The notes under the pieces are model-generated. The model had not been told where the DNA came from. It saw nothing but the letters and a program-made list of their open reading frames with translations, and made no database searches. The position numbers were made by a program, and so were the translations under genes. From NCBI RefSeq assembly GCF_000017945.1, contig NC_009776.1, positions 1,020,001-1,052,000 of the forward strand: a stretch of 32,000 nt of DNA. The letters are read 5' to 3'. Numbering within the stretch: the first letter of the stretch is position 1; each line of letters opens with the position of its first letter. Below, one piece after another: positions 24,063 through 32,000 of the stretch. The stretch is from Ignicoccus hospitalis KIN4/I (GTDB lineage: Archaea; Thermoproteota; Thermoprotei_A; Sulfolobales; Ignicoccaceae).

Positions 24063-24785
24063 TTGAGGGCGCACTTCTTGGGCACGGGCCCGGCCAGCGG
24101 GTGGCCGGCCTACGGGAAGGAGACGGAGAAGAGGAGGAGGCCCAGCACTTACGCCTTCGAGTGCGGGGAGGCCAAGTTCTTTATAGACGTGGGCTCTTGG
24201 GAGGCCGCCTTAGAGGGGGCGAAGAGGCTGGGGAACGTAGACTTCATCTTGATAAGCCACGCCCACGTGGACCACTGGGGAGGGTTGAACTTCTTCCGCT
24301 GGGGCCCCGAGATGCCCACGTTCTCCATCAAGGAGACGTTCGAGCACCCCTACTTCAGAGAGATCAAGGACGCCCCGTTCTCCCTCAAGCTCCTCGAGGT
24401 AAGACCCTTTGAAACGTTTGAAATAAAGGGAGTGAAGATAACTCCCTTCCCCTTGAACCACTCCATACCGGCCAGCGGGTTCTTAGTGGAGTGTGGGAGC
24501 AAGCTGGCCTACGCGCTGGACACCAAGTGGCTGCCGCAAGAGAGCTTGGAGCTCTTGAAGGGCTCGGTGGACTACCTAATAGTGGACGCCGCCTTGCCGA
24601 AGGGCGAGGAGGGAGCGCACAACACTTACGAGGAAGCGTTGAGGTTGGGGAAGGAGATAGGAGCTAAGGTGGTCTTCGCGGTTCACTTGCTGCCCTCGGT
24701 TAGGGAGGCGGAAGTGCTGGCGGAGGGAGAGGCGCTGGGGGTGAAGGTCGAGGTCCCCGACGACGGCGATTCCTTCGAACTTTGA
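24063..24785 (+). CDS. MBL-fold metallo-hydrolase (PhnP/PqqB-like)
   Basis: FLGTG at the N-terminus, the metal motif ILISHAHVDHWGG (HxHxDH), and the later PLNHS, YALDT and AHNT motifs. Confidence 0.85.
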   Translation: MRAHFLGTGPASGWPAYGKETEKRRRPSTYAFECGEAKFFIDVGSWEAALEGAKRLGNVDFILISHAHVDHWGGLNFFRWGPEMPTFSIKETFEHPYFREIKDAPFSLKLLEVRPFETFEIKGVKITPFPLNHSIPASGFLVECGSKLAYALDTKWLPQESLELLKGSVDYLIVDAALPKGEEGAHNTYEEALRLGKEIGAKVVFAVHLLPSVREAEVLAEGEALGVKVEVPDDGDSFEL

Positions 24786-27331
24786 ATCTTCTTCAGCACC
24801 ATCTCCCTCAGCCTCTGGAGGAGCTTCCTCTTATCCTCCATGAGTACTACGTCGCTGAAGGCGTTAGCCACTATGACGTGAGAGAAGGGGCTCGGCACGT
24901 CCAAGGGGCCGACCACCTTCACCTCCACCTCCCCTTCAACTATCCTCCTCACCGTCTCTTCCGCCGCTTCCACGTTCATGTAATCTTCCAGGATTTCCCG
25001 CAAGGTCTCCTTGTAGATGGGGAAGTCTTCCAAGCCCTCCACAACTTTTATGAGCTGTTGAGCGGAGAGCTGCATCCTTTCCGGACTCTTCTCCCTCCCC
25101 CTGTACCTCTTCAATATCATGAAGCCCCTCTGCGCGCAGTGCCTAAACCTCCTCTTGAAGAGCTCCGTCCTCTTCACCGCCTCCTCCACGTAGCGCCTCA
25201 AGTTCTCAGGGGTCACGGAGAAGACCAACTCCCTCACGTCCACCTCCGGGTGGCCGGGCACGGTTAACATGAACCCGTAGTCGGTCACAGTGACGCTCAC
25301 GTTAGTGCCCGTGAGCTGGCCCAGCTTGTAGGCGTAGGCCCGGGAGAGGGCGTCTATCCCCCTCCTTCCTATTAGGAAGTGGAAGATGAAGTTCCTCCTG
25401 TCCTCCTCATCCCATATCTCCACCAAGTACGTGCTGTCGCCCGGGACTGCGCCGACGTACTCCAGCTGCTCTTGGACGTACTCCTTCAAGCTCCTAGCGG
25501 CCCAAGGCTCCAGCTGGTACTCCTCGACGAGCTGTTCTACGCTCATATCCACCAACATCTCCCTAAACTTGGCCACTTCTCTGGCGGAGTCGTAGGCAAG
25601 GGGGAGCATCTCGCTGAACCAAGCCGGGACCGTGGGCCTCTCGCTGGGCGCGGGCTCCACGTAGACGCTCATTCCCTTGGAGTACAAGAACCTATACGTC
25701 TTCCCGGAGAGCACGAAGACGTCCCCGGGGACCAAGTTCTGGGCGAAGAGCTCCTCCACGTGTCCCAACAGCTTGCCGCTCTTAGCGTCTACCACCTTTA
25801 CCTTGCTCTCGTCCGGGATCGTGCCGGCGTTCATTAGGAATATCATTCTGCTGGTCCTCTTCCTCCTCAAAACGTTCCTCTCCTTGTCCCAGAACAGCTT
25901 GGGGAACACCTTCTCCTCCTCTAAGCCGTACTCGCCCGCCAAGTACTTCACGACGGACTCGAAGTCCTTCTCGTCCAACTCCCAGTAGGGGTAGGCCCTC
26001 TTCGTAACCTCCAGCGCGAGCTCGTATGGAACTTCGCCCAGTTCCAAGGTCAAAGCTATTAAGTGCTGAGCGAGGACGTCCAAGGCGTTCTTGGGTATCC
26101 TCACCCTGTCTATCTTCTTCTCCCTGGCCAACTTCGCGAGGACCGCGTTCTCGAGCAAGTCGTCCCTGTCCACCACGATTATCCTTCCCTTGGAAACCGC
26201 GTCTATTCTGTGCCCGGCCCTCCCGACCCTCTGCAGAAGCCTGCTCACGCTCTTGGGGCTGGAAAGCAGTATTACCAAGTCCACGTGCCCTATATCTATT
26301 CCCATCTCCAAAGAGGTTGAGGTCACCACCACCTTCAGCTCTCCCTTCTTCAGCTTCTCCTCCACCTCTAGCCTGACTTCCCTGGAGAGTGAGGAGTGGT
26401 GGGCGGCCACCTTGTCCGCCAAGCCCTCCTTCTCCAAGTACTGCTTCAACTTGAAGGCGACCTTCTCGGTGGAGTGCCTCGTGTTAGTAAATATCAAGAC
26501 TGCCCTGTGCTCCTTTATCAGCTTCACCATAGTGCGGTAGATCGCGTCGTTGAGCTCCTCCGCGTCGGCGTTAACTATGTCCTTCACGGGGCATATCACC
26601 TTTATGTCCACGGGCTTGGCGAACCTCGCGTCCACTATCCAGACCTCCCTCCCCCTCCCGCCCAAGAATTTGGCCACGGTCTCCAACGGGTGGATGGTGG
26701 CGCTCAGCCCGACCCTCTGGAACTCGCCGGCGTGCAAAGCTAAGCGCTCCAAGGTCAAGGTTAAGTGGGTCCCTCTCTTGCTAGAGGCCATCTCGTGGAT
26801 CTCGTCTACAATGACCCACTTGACGTCCTTGAGCTTTTCCCTAAACTTGGGGGAGGCCAAGGAGAGGGCGAGGCTTTCCGGAGTAGTAATTAGGATGTGG
26901 GGAGGCCTCCGGAGCTGCTTCTGCTTCTCCGAGGGAGGGGTGTCGGAGGTCCTAATGGCCACCCTTATCTCTGGGAAGCCTTCCTCCACCCTCTGGTAGA
27001 TCTCGTTGAGCGGCTCTATCAAGTTCCTCCTCATGTCGTTTCCAAGCGCCCTGAGGGGGGAGACGTAAACGGCGTAGACCTTGTCCTCCAGCAGCCCTCC
27101 CTCCGCCATCCTAAACAAGCTGTCTATGATACCCAAGAACGCCGCTAAGGTCTTCCCAGTCCCGGTGGGGGAGGAGATGAGTACGTTCTTGCCCTCCTTG
27201 ATAAGCTTTATCGCCCCCCTCTGGGGCGGGCTCAAGTTGCCGTACTTCTCCTTGAACCAGTCCCTAACGGTCGGGTGGAGGAGTTGTAAGACCTCCTCGG
27301 AAGGGGGGAGCTCTCGGAGGAGCTCGTACAC
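24683..27331 (-). CDS. lhr: Lhr-type (Lhr-core) superfamily 2 DEAD/DEAH-box helicase
   Basis: Motif I is SSPTGTGKT, motif II is VIVDEIHE, and LSAT, TSTSLEMGIDIG and QRVGRAGH are present. A long C-terminal DEAD/H-associated region follows, consistent with ~880-aa archaeal Lhr. The start is GTG. Confidence 0.9.
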   Translation of the reverse strand: MYELLRELPPSEEVLQLLHPTVRDWFKEKYGNLSPPQRGAIKLIKEGKNVLISSPTGTGKTLAAFLGIIDSLFRMAEGGLLEDKVYAVYVSPLRALGNDMRRNLIEPLNEIYQRVEEGFPEIRVAIRTSDTPPSEKQKQLRRPPHILITTPESLALSLASPKFREKLKDVKWVIVDEIHEMASSKRGTHLTLTLERLALHAGEFQRVGLSATIHPLETVAKFLGGRGREVWIVDARFAKPVDIKVICPVKDIVNADAEELNDAIYRTMVKLIKEHRAVLIFTNTRHSTEKVAFKLKQYLEKEGLADKVAAHHSSLSREVRLEVEEKLKKGELKVVVTSTSLEMGIDIGHVDLVILLSSPKSVSRLLQRVGRAGHRIDAVSKGRIIVVDRDDLLENAVLAKLAREKKIDRVRIPKNALDVLAQHLIALTLELGEVPYELALEVTKRAYPYWELDEKDFESVVKYLAGEYGLEEEKVFPKLFWDKERNVLRRKRTSRMIFLMNAGTIPDESKVKVVDAKSGKLLGHVEELFAQNLVPGDVFVLSGKTYRFLYSKGMSVYVEPAPSERPTVPAWFSEMLPLAYDSAREVAKFREMLVDMSVEQLVEEYQLEPWAARSLKEYVQEQLEYVGAVPGDSTYLVEIWDEEDRRNFIFHFLIGRRGIDALSRAYAYKLGQLTGTNVSVTVTDYGFMLTVPGHPEVDVRELVFSVTPENLRRYVEEAVKRTELFKRRFRHCAQRGFMILKRYRGREKSPERMQLSAQQLIKVVEGLEDFPIYKETLREILEDYMNVEAAEETVRRIVEGEVEVKVVGPLDVPSPFSHVIVANAFSDVVLMEDKRKLLQRLREMVLKKIQSSKESPSSGTSTFTPSASPSASTSASLTEGSK

Positions 27332-27357
27332 CCTCGATGCCCGGGCGAGGGCCCCTC

Positions 27358-27371
27358 ACAAAAAATTAAGC
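27358..27371 (-). terminator. oligo-T tract after the surface-protein gene, doubling as a TATA-like element for lhr
   Basis: The minus strand reads TAA-GCTTAATTTTTTGTG immediately after the stop at 27372, and about 30 nt upstream of the lhr GTG (27331). Confidence 0.35.
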
Positions 27372-28745
27372 TTAGCCCCAGCAGCCGCTGGCCAAGTAGA
27401 CCTTGCCCTTTATCACTTGCTGCTGCGTGGTCAGCCCGCCCACCGTGGGGTTCACTACAGCCGTGTAACACGTCCTCTTGCCCATAGTTAAGGTTATGAA
27501 CAGCGAAGAGACCTCTTGGGGCACGTTCTTCACCTTGAACTTCAGCTCGCCGACGTTGCTCTTTATAGTAATGGTGGTGTTGGTGAAGTTGCCCAAGCCG
27601 AACACCCTCTTTACCTTGGGCTCCAAGGATATCCCGGTGGCCACCGCAACCGCGGGCTCCAGCTTGCCTATGGTGAAGTTCTGATACATGTTGTTAACGT
27701 CGAATATGTAGGCCTCGAAGCCCCTCCTAGTGGCGACCAAGAAGAGGGCGTCGCCCACGTAGCCGTTGCCCAAGTAGTCCCCCACCCCTACGAAGTTGTA
27801 TATGCCGGGCAAGGAGTAGAGCACGGTCTCGTTGTCCAATATGTCGTGGAACCTCAGCACGAAAGTTCCCCTCTCGCCCAAGCTTATCAGCATGAAGTAG
27901 GGCTTGCTCGAGTAGGGCTCGTTCTCCAAGAATATGGGGGCGAACGTGGCGACCTTCATCTTAATTAAGTCTTCCTCGCCCTTCGCCTCCCCTCCCTTGC
28001 CCTTGTAGTGGTAATACATTATCGGCGACATCTTCCTCAACCACAAGACCAAACAGCCGTCCCCGTCCAACAAGTCAGGCAACGGGTTGGTGGCGCTAAC
28101 GTTGGCGCCCAAGTTGAAGGTTATGTTCGAGGCCACCTTGTCCTTGAGCACGTCGTACAGGGTGCAGTAGACCCAAGTGTCGTTGCCGAGCTTCTCCTCC
28201 CTCACCTCCCAAGCGTAGACGTCGTTCTTCTTAACGAAGATGCCTACGCGGGCGTCGGGGGAGTGGGCGTACTTGCCCAAGGGCTCGGCCTCGTCCCCGT
28301 ATATCGCGTACAGCGTGCCGTTGACGCCGAGGAGGAGCTTCCCGTCGAGGGTGGCGGACTCCCCCTTCCTAGGGTCGAAGACCGGCACCACCGGGCCCTT
28401 TATCTCAAACTTGCCCACTACCTTGTTACCCTTTATGGTCCATATCTCCTGAGTCTCGTTTATAGTGTTCACGAAGAGGAACGCCGTGCCGTCCTCGTCC
28501 GGGTAGGTTAAGGGCTGGGCGGTGGCCGCCCCCTCGAGCTCCACGAACTCGAGGGGGTACTCGACGCTTACCTTAGGCACCTCCTCGGCGGGGGCGCCGA
28601 AGCGCTCTTGCTGGGTGACCTCCGCCTTGGGCGGTTTGCTGCTCAGCACGAGGAAGGTTATGCCGAGGCCGGCTATCACCGCGACCGCGACGGAGGCCAA
28701 CACTAAGAGCTTCTTGTTTATTTGGACTTTCTGAGGAGAGCTCAT
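27372..28745 (-). CDS. N-terminally anchored extracellular protein, predicted N-glycosylated (unknown family)
   Basis: TM anchor LLVLASVAVAVIAGLGITFLVL. The product is beta-rich with nine N-x-S/T sequons (NET, NGT, NDT, NIT, NVS, NET, NFT, NFT, NTT) and ends ...ASGCWG. Confidence 0.6.
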   Translation of the reverse strand: MSSPQKVQINKKLLVLASVAVAVIAGLGITFLVLSSKPPKAEVTQQERFGAPAEEVPKVSVEYPLEFVELEGAATAQPLTYPDEDGTAFLFVNTINETQEIWTIKGNKVVGKFEIKGPVVPVFDPRKGESATLDGKLLLGVNGTLYAIYGDEAEPLGKYAHSPDARVGIFVKKNDVYAWEVREEKLGNDTWVYCTLYDVLKDKVASNITFNLGANVSATNPLPDLLDGDGCLVLWLRKMSPIMYYHYKGKGGEAKGEEDLIKMKVATFAPIFLENEPYSSKPYFMLISLGERGTFVLRFHDILDNETVLYSLPGIYNFVGVGDYLGNGYVGDALFLVATRRGFEAYIFDVNNMYQNFTIGKLEPAVAVATGISLEPKVKRVFGLGNFTNTTITIKSNVGELKFKVKNVPQEVSSLFITLTMGKRTCYTAVVNPTVGGLTTQQQVIKGKVYLASGCWG

Positions 28746-28772
28746 GACTTCCTCCGCGGGGGCCTTTGAGGG

Positions 28773-29831
28773 TCACTTTATCACTCCTGTGGTGCGCGCC
28801 AGTCTCTCCGCGGCTTCTCTGGTCAAGCCGTCGCTGCCCAAGATGGTGTACCTCTCGGGCCTTATCTTGTGAGCTATGGTGAGTGCCTCTATTATTTTCT
28901 CGTCCTCCACGCCTAGCTCCTCCGCCGTAGTAGGCAAGTTCAAGTCCCTCAGAACCTTCCTCACCTTCCTCCAGAGCTTGGAGCCGTGTAAGTAGAGCAT
29001 CATTATCGTCCCGACGCCCACTTGTTCGCCGTGGAGCGCCGGCCTGTTCGCTATGACGTCCAAGGCGTGGGAGAACAAGTGCTCGCTCCCGCTTGCCGGC
29101 CTGGAAGAGCCGGCTATGCACATGGCTACTCCGGAGGAGATGAGTGCCTCCACCAAGATCCTCAACCCGTCCTCGCTCAAGGCCTTCAACAGCGGAGAGT
29201 ACTTGAGGACGTGCTTTGCGCTCATCAGTGCGAGGGAGGCGGCATAACTGCCGTAGTACTCCCCCTTCAACACGTGGGCGAGCCTCCAGTCGCGCACCGC
29301 GGAGAACTTCGCCAGCACGTCCCCTATGCCGGCCCGGTTGAGCCTCTCCGGGGCCCTAGCTATGACTTCGATGTCCGCGACCACGGCTATGGGAGTCTTT
29401 GTCTTGACGCTGGTCGGCCCCTTCAAGCCCTTGAGGCTGGAGAACGGGGAAGCTATGCCGTCGTGGCTCGTGGCGGTGGGCACGCTCACGACGTCCCTCC
29501 CGAGCTTCATAGCAACGTACTTGGCCACGTCTATCGCCTTCCCCCCGCCGAAGCCCACCACCACGTTGGGTTCCCCGTTCAACCCTTCCAACACCTTGTT
29601 CGCCTCCTCAACGGACGGCTCCACGACGGTCACGAAGTCTACCTTGAACCCCTCCTTTTCCAACAGCCCTTGGAGCTCGTCGCCCCACTCGGACCACACG
29701 TGAGGGCCGGTGACCACGAGCACCTCGCCGCCGTCAAAGCCCAAGGCCTTGATGACCTTCGGCAGCTCCCTCCTCGTCCCTCGGCCCACCACCACTCTCT
29801 TCATTAGCTCTATCTCGTGGCGGTCCCTCAA
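28773..29831 (-). CDS. egsA: glycerol-1-phosphate dehydrogenase [NAD(P)+]
   Basis: [30 protein letters not shown] and SGSEHLFSH...HGEQVGVGT match the G1PDH/iron-ADH superfamily pattern. The ATG at 29804 (MKRVVVGRG) is a plausible alternative to TTG 29831. Confidence 0.9.
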
Positions 29832-29881
29832 ACGATGCCTACCGGGGCCCCTTAGGGAGGGACGCTAATGAGGTGTGAGCC

Positions 29882-29903
29882 ATTAAAAAGCCCCCAAGGG
29901 GGC
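29882..29903. promoter_or_regulatory. TATA-like ATTAAAAA plus GC palindrome between divergent egsA and rpl18a
   Basis: attaaaaa (29882-29889) lies ~35 nt upstream of GTG 29922. It is immediately followed by the perfect palindrome GCCCCCAAGGGGGC (29890-29903). Confidence 0.35.
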
Positions 29904-29921
29904 CGCTGAGGGGTAACGAAC

Positions 29922-30236
29922 GTGAGCGACGTCAAGTTCTTCAAGATTAGGGGCTATATGCTGGTATCGCACGACAAGAACCCGAGGTGGCAGGCCTTCG
30001 AGGTGGTGAGGAGGGGGACCAAGCCCGAGGAGGTAGTGGAGAGGGTGCTCTCCGAGCTCGGCAGCAGGCACAAGCTGAAGAGGTACCACATAAGGGTTGA
30101 GAACGTACAAGAGGTGAAGGAGGAGGAGATAGAGGACATCTACTTCCTCCAGCTGGCCCACTTGAACAGCTGGGAGGCCTACGACGCCCACAAGGTCTGG
30201 AGGAAGTACAAGCTGGGCTGGGGTGCGTGGAAGTGA
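29922..30236 (+). CDS. rpl18a: large-subunit ribosomal protein eL20 (LX / L18Ae)
   Basis: FKIRGYM...FEVVRRGTKPEEVVERVLSELGSRHKLKRYHIRVENVQEVKEEE matches the archaeal LX pattern (F.v.G......F..e..a....A.E.v.s..GS.HK.kR..I.I..v.ei). The conserved LX-pfdA-ftsY gene order follows. Confidence 0.75.
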   Translation: MSDVKFFKIRGYMLVSHDKNPRWQAFEVVRRGTKPEEVVERVLSELGSRHKLKRYHIRVENVQEVKEEEIEDIYFLQLAHLNSWEAYDAHKVWRKYKLGWGAWK

Positions 30237-30694
30237 ACGTCCCCCAAGAGAAGCTGGAGGAGCTCCAGAAGCTCCAAAGGGAGTACGAACAGCTCCGGGC
30301 CCTACAAGCCAGCCTCGCGGTCGAGGTGGAGCGCCTCAACGCCTTCAAGAAGGACGCCGAGCTGGCGGCGGGGGAGCTGGAGGAGCTGAAGGAAGAGAAG
30401 GAAGCCTTGGTCCCTATGGGGCCCGTGTTCGTGAAGTCTAAGCTCCAGACCAAGGTGCTTTACCCGTTGGGAGCCAACGTCTACTTGTCCACGAAGCCCG
30501 AAGAAGCCGTTCAGAGGCTCAAAGAGGACAAGAAGAAGATCGAAGAGCAGCTGAAGCTCCTCGAAGCAGAGCTGGCTAAGGTGACCCAAGCGCTGACTTC
30601 AATAGAAGCCAGGGTCGCCGAGATCTACCGGGAACTGAACGTTGCTGGGGCGCCTAAAGAAGGCACTCAAGGGACTGGTCAACGAGGTAGCTAA
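30227..30694 (+). CDS. pfdA: prefoldin alpha subunit
   Basis: The N- and C-terminal coiled coils flank two beta hairpins (ALVPMGPVFVKSKL...VLYPLGANVYLSTKPEEA). It lies between LX and ftsY. Confidence 0.85.
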   Translation: MEVNVPQEKLEELQKLQREYEQLRALQASLAVEVERLNAFKKDAELAAGELEELKEEKEALVPMGPVFVKSKLQTKVLYPLGANVYLSTKPEEAVQRLKEDKKKIEEQLKLLEAELAKVTQALTSIEARVAEIYRELNVAGAPKEGTQGTGQRGS

Positions 30695-31664
30695 GAGTAC
30701 CAAGGAAGTAACCGAGGAGAAGCCGGTAACCCCGGAGGAGAGGCCGAAGGAAAAGAAGGAGGAGAAGAAGGGCCTTTTAACGAAGTTAAAGGACACAATA
30801 GTTTATAAAGAAATAGACGTAAAGAAGCTAGAGCCTCTCCTGGAGGAGTACGTACTGACGTTGAGCGAGCTGGACGTGGCCTACGAAGTCGCGGAGGAAT
30901 TGATAGAAAACTTCAAGAAGAACTTAGCCGGCTTGAAAATAAAGAGGGGGGTCGACGAGAGGGAAGTGATTGAGAAGGCGTTAAAAGATGCAATTCTGGG
31001 CTTGATAAGCGTACCCGCGTTCGACTTGATCGAGGAGGCCAAGCGGGCCCAGAGGGAGGGCCGGATACTTAAAATCATGTTCATGGGTGTTAACGGAGTT
31101 GGGAAGACCACGACCATAGCCAAGGTCGCTTACGCGATGAAGAGGGCCGGGGTCACCCCGGTGCTGGCGGCCGCGGACACCTTTAGGGCCGGGGCGGTGG
31201 AGCAGCTCAAGGTACACGCGGAGAGGATGGGGGTACCAATAATAACCAAGCCCTACGGGAGCGACCCGGCGTCCGTGGCCTACGACGCTATAGAGTACGC
31301 CAAGGCGAGGGGGTTTAACGTAGTTTTGATAGACACTGCCGGGAGGATGCACGTAGACGTGGACTTGATGAACGAGCTCCGGAAGGTCGCTAGGGTCGCA
31401 GAGCCGGACTACAAGGTCTTAGTCTTGGACGCCTTAACCGGCAACGACGCAGTCGAACAAGCGAAGTTCTTTGACGAGGCCGTGGGCGTCGACGCTGTAA
31501 TATTGACTAAGGTGGACGCAGACGCCAAGGGGGGAGCGGTCTTGAGCGTCGCAGCTACCATAAAGAAGCCCGTCCTATACTTGGGCGTAGGCCAGAACTA
31601 TGAGGACTTGATAAAGTTCGACCCCAAGTGGTTCGTGGAGCGGCTGTTGGGTGAGGAGAAGTGA
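30642..31664 (+). CDS. ftsY: signal recognition particle receptor FtsY
   Basis: SRP GTPase motifs are GVNGVGKTTTIAKVA (G1), DTAGR (G3) and TKVDADAKGG (G4/G5). There is a basic/acidic N-terminal region. Confidence 0.95.
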   Translation: MLGRLKKALKGLVNEVAKSTKEVTEEKPVTPEERPKEKKEEKKGLLTKLKDTIVYKEIDVKKLEPLLEEYVLTLSELDVAYEVAEELIENFKKNLAGLKIKRGVDEREVIEKALKDAILGLISVPAFDLIEEAKRAQREGRILKIMFMGVNGVGKTTTIAKVAYAMKRAGVTPVLAAADTFRAGAVEQLKVHAERMGVPIITKPYGSDPASVAYDAIEYAKARGFNVVLIDTAGRMHVDVDLMNELRKVARVAEPDYKVLVLDALTGNDAVEQAKFFDEAVGVDAVILTKVDADAKGGAVLSVAATIKKPVLYLGVGQNYEDLIKFDPKWFVERLLGEEK

Positions 31665-31855
31665 AGGACTTGAACCGCTACCTAGAGCAGTTGAGGAACT
31701 TGATGAACGACTGGAGGACCATATTGGCCTTGGCGAGCAAGCCCGACGAGGACGAGTTCAAGACGGTTTTGAAGGTCGTAGGCCTAAGCACGTTAATAAT
31801 TGCAGCCTTGGCATACATAATAAGGCTGGTCATAGTGTTAATGCTCTACGGGTGA
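31661..31855 (+). CDS. secE: protein translocase subunit SecE (Sec61 gamma)
   Basis: 64 aa with SKPDEDEFKTVLKVVGLSTLIIAALAYIIRLVIVLM, an amphipathic segment plus a single TM. It directly precedes spt5, as in most archaea. The GTG start overlaps the ftsY stop (GTGA). Confidence 0.8.
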   Translation: MKDLNRYLEQLRNLMNDWRTILALASKPDEDEFKTVLKVVGLSTLIIAALAYIIRLVIVLMLYG

Positions 31856-32000
31856 TGGGGGTGCCGTTCTTCCCGGTAAGGACCGTGAGCGGGAGGGAAA
31901 TTGACGTTGCACTGCTAATTGAAGAAAGGGCGAGAGCAAAGAACTTAGACGTGAAGTCCGTCATAGTGCCCCCGAGGATTAAGGGGTTCGTCATAGTGGA
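31855..32000 (+). CDS. spt5: transcription elongation factor Spt5 (NusG), N-terminal NGN part; truncated by the window end
   Basis: The ATG shares one nt with the secE stop (TGATG). MGVPFFPVRTVSGREIDVALLIEERARAKNLDVKSVIVPPRIKGFVIV matches the NGN pattern (...t..GqE..va..i......i.si..p..lkGY..vE). Confidence 0.75.
   Translation, partial: MGVPFFPVRTVSGREIDVALLIEERARAKNLDVKSVIVPPRIKGFVIV

Noticed and set aside
29022-29807. 261-aa plus-strand ORF opposite egsA, and the 182-aa minus ORF 28573..29121
   Set aside because: Both overlap well-supported genes in other frames and are Arg/Gly/His-rich with no recognisable motifs.
29947-30453. 168-aa Ser/Pro/Ala-rich minus-strand ORF across rpl18a/pfdA
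   Set aside because: It is low-complexity and antisense to two conserved genes.

Overview
This is an almost entirely coding chromosomal segment from a GC-rich, probably hyperthermophilic crenarchaeon. The taxonomic call rests on gene content: Rpo8/RpoG, a CdvB-type ESCRT-III protein, archaeal DTD2, glycerol-1-phosphate dehydrogenase, GGPP synthase, EF-1alpha and an Spt5/SecE cluster. GTG/TTG starts are frequent, 1-4 nt start/stop overlaps are common, and short AT-rich TATA islands are shared by divergent genes. In order, the window holds: a small wHTH protein; a secreted Lon-like (S16) protease; a partial complex-I cluster nuoH-I-J-K-N plus a small kinase-like gene; EF-1alpha; an isolated cas6-like RAMP gene; dtdA; a ~0.5 kb AT-rich non-coding island with a frameshifted small ORF next to tRNA-Gly(CCC); RNase HI; MetRS; an ESCRT-III paralog; a class II amidotransferase; a sugar nucleotidyltransferase; a PUA protein; a PAC2 proteasome chaperone; Rpo8 with a Cys-rich partner; GGPP synthase; a HerA-family ATPase followed by a multi-zinc-ribbon/PD-(D/E)xK-like protein; an MBL hydrolase; an Lhr helicase; a glycosylated surface protein; G1P dehydrogenase; and a tightly coupled rpl18a(LX)-pfdA-ftsY-secE-spt5 block. 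No rRNA, CRISPR array or intact mobile element was seen. The best candidate for something undescribed is the HerA-type ATPase plus zinc-ribbon nuclease-like pair. It sits in a cluster of nucleic-acid enzymes and shares a symmetric bidirectional promoter with the MBL gene. Next in interest are the orphan cas6-like gene and the AT-rich, tRNA-flanking island. All functional calls come from reading the motifs by eye; no database search was run.
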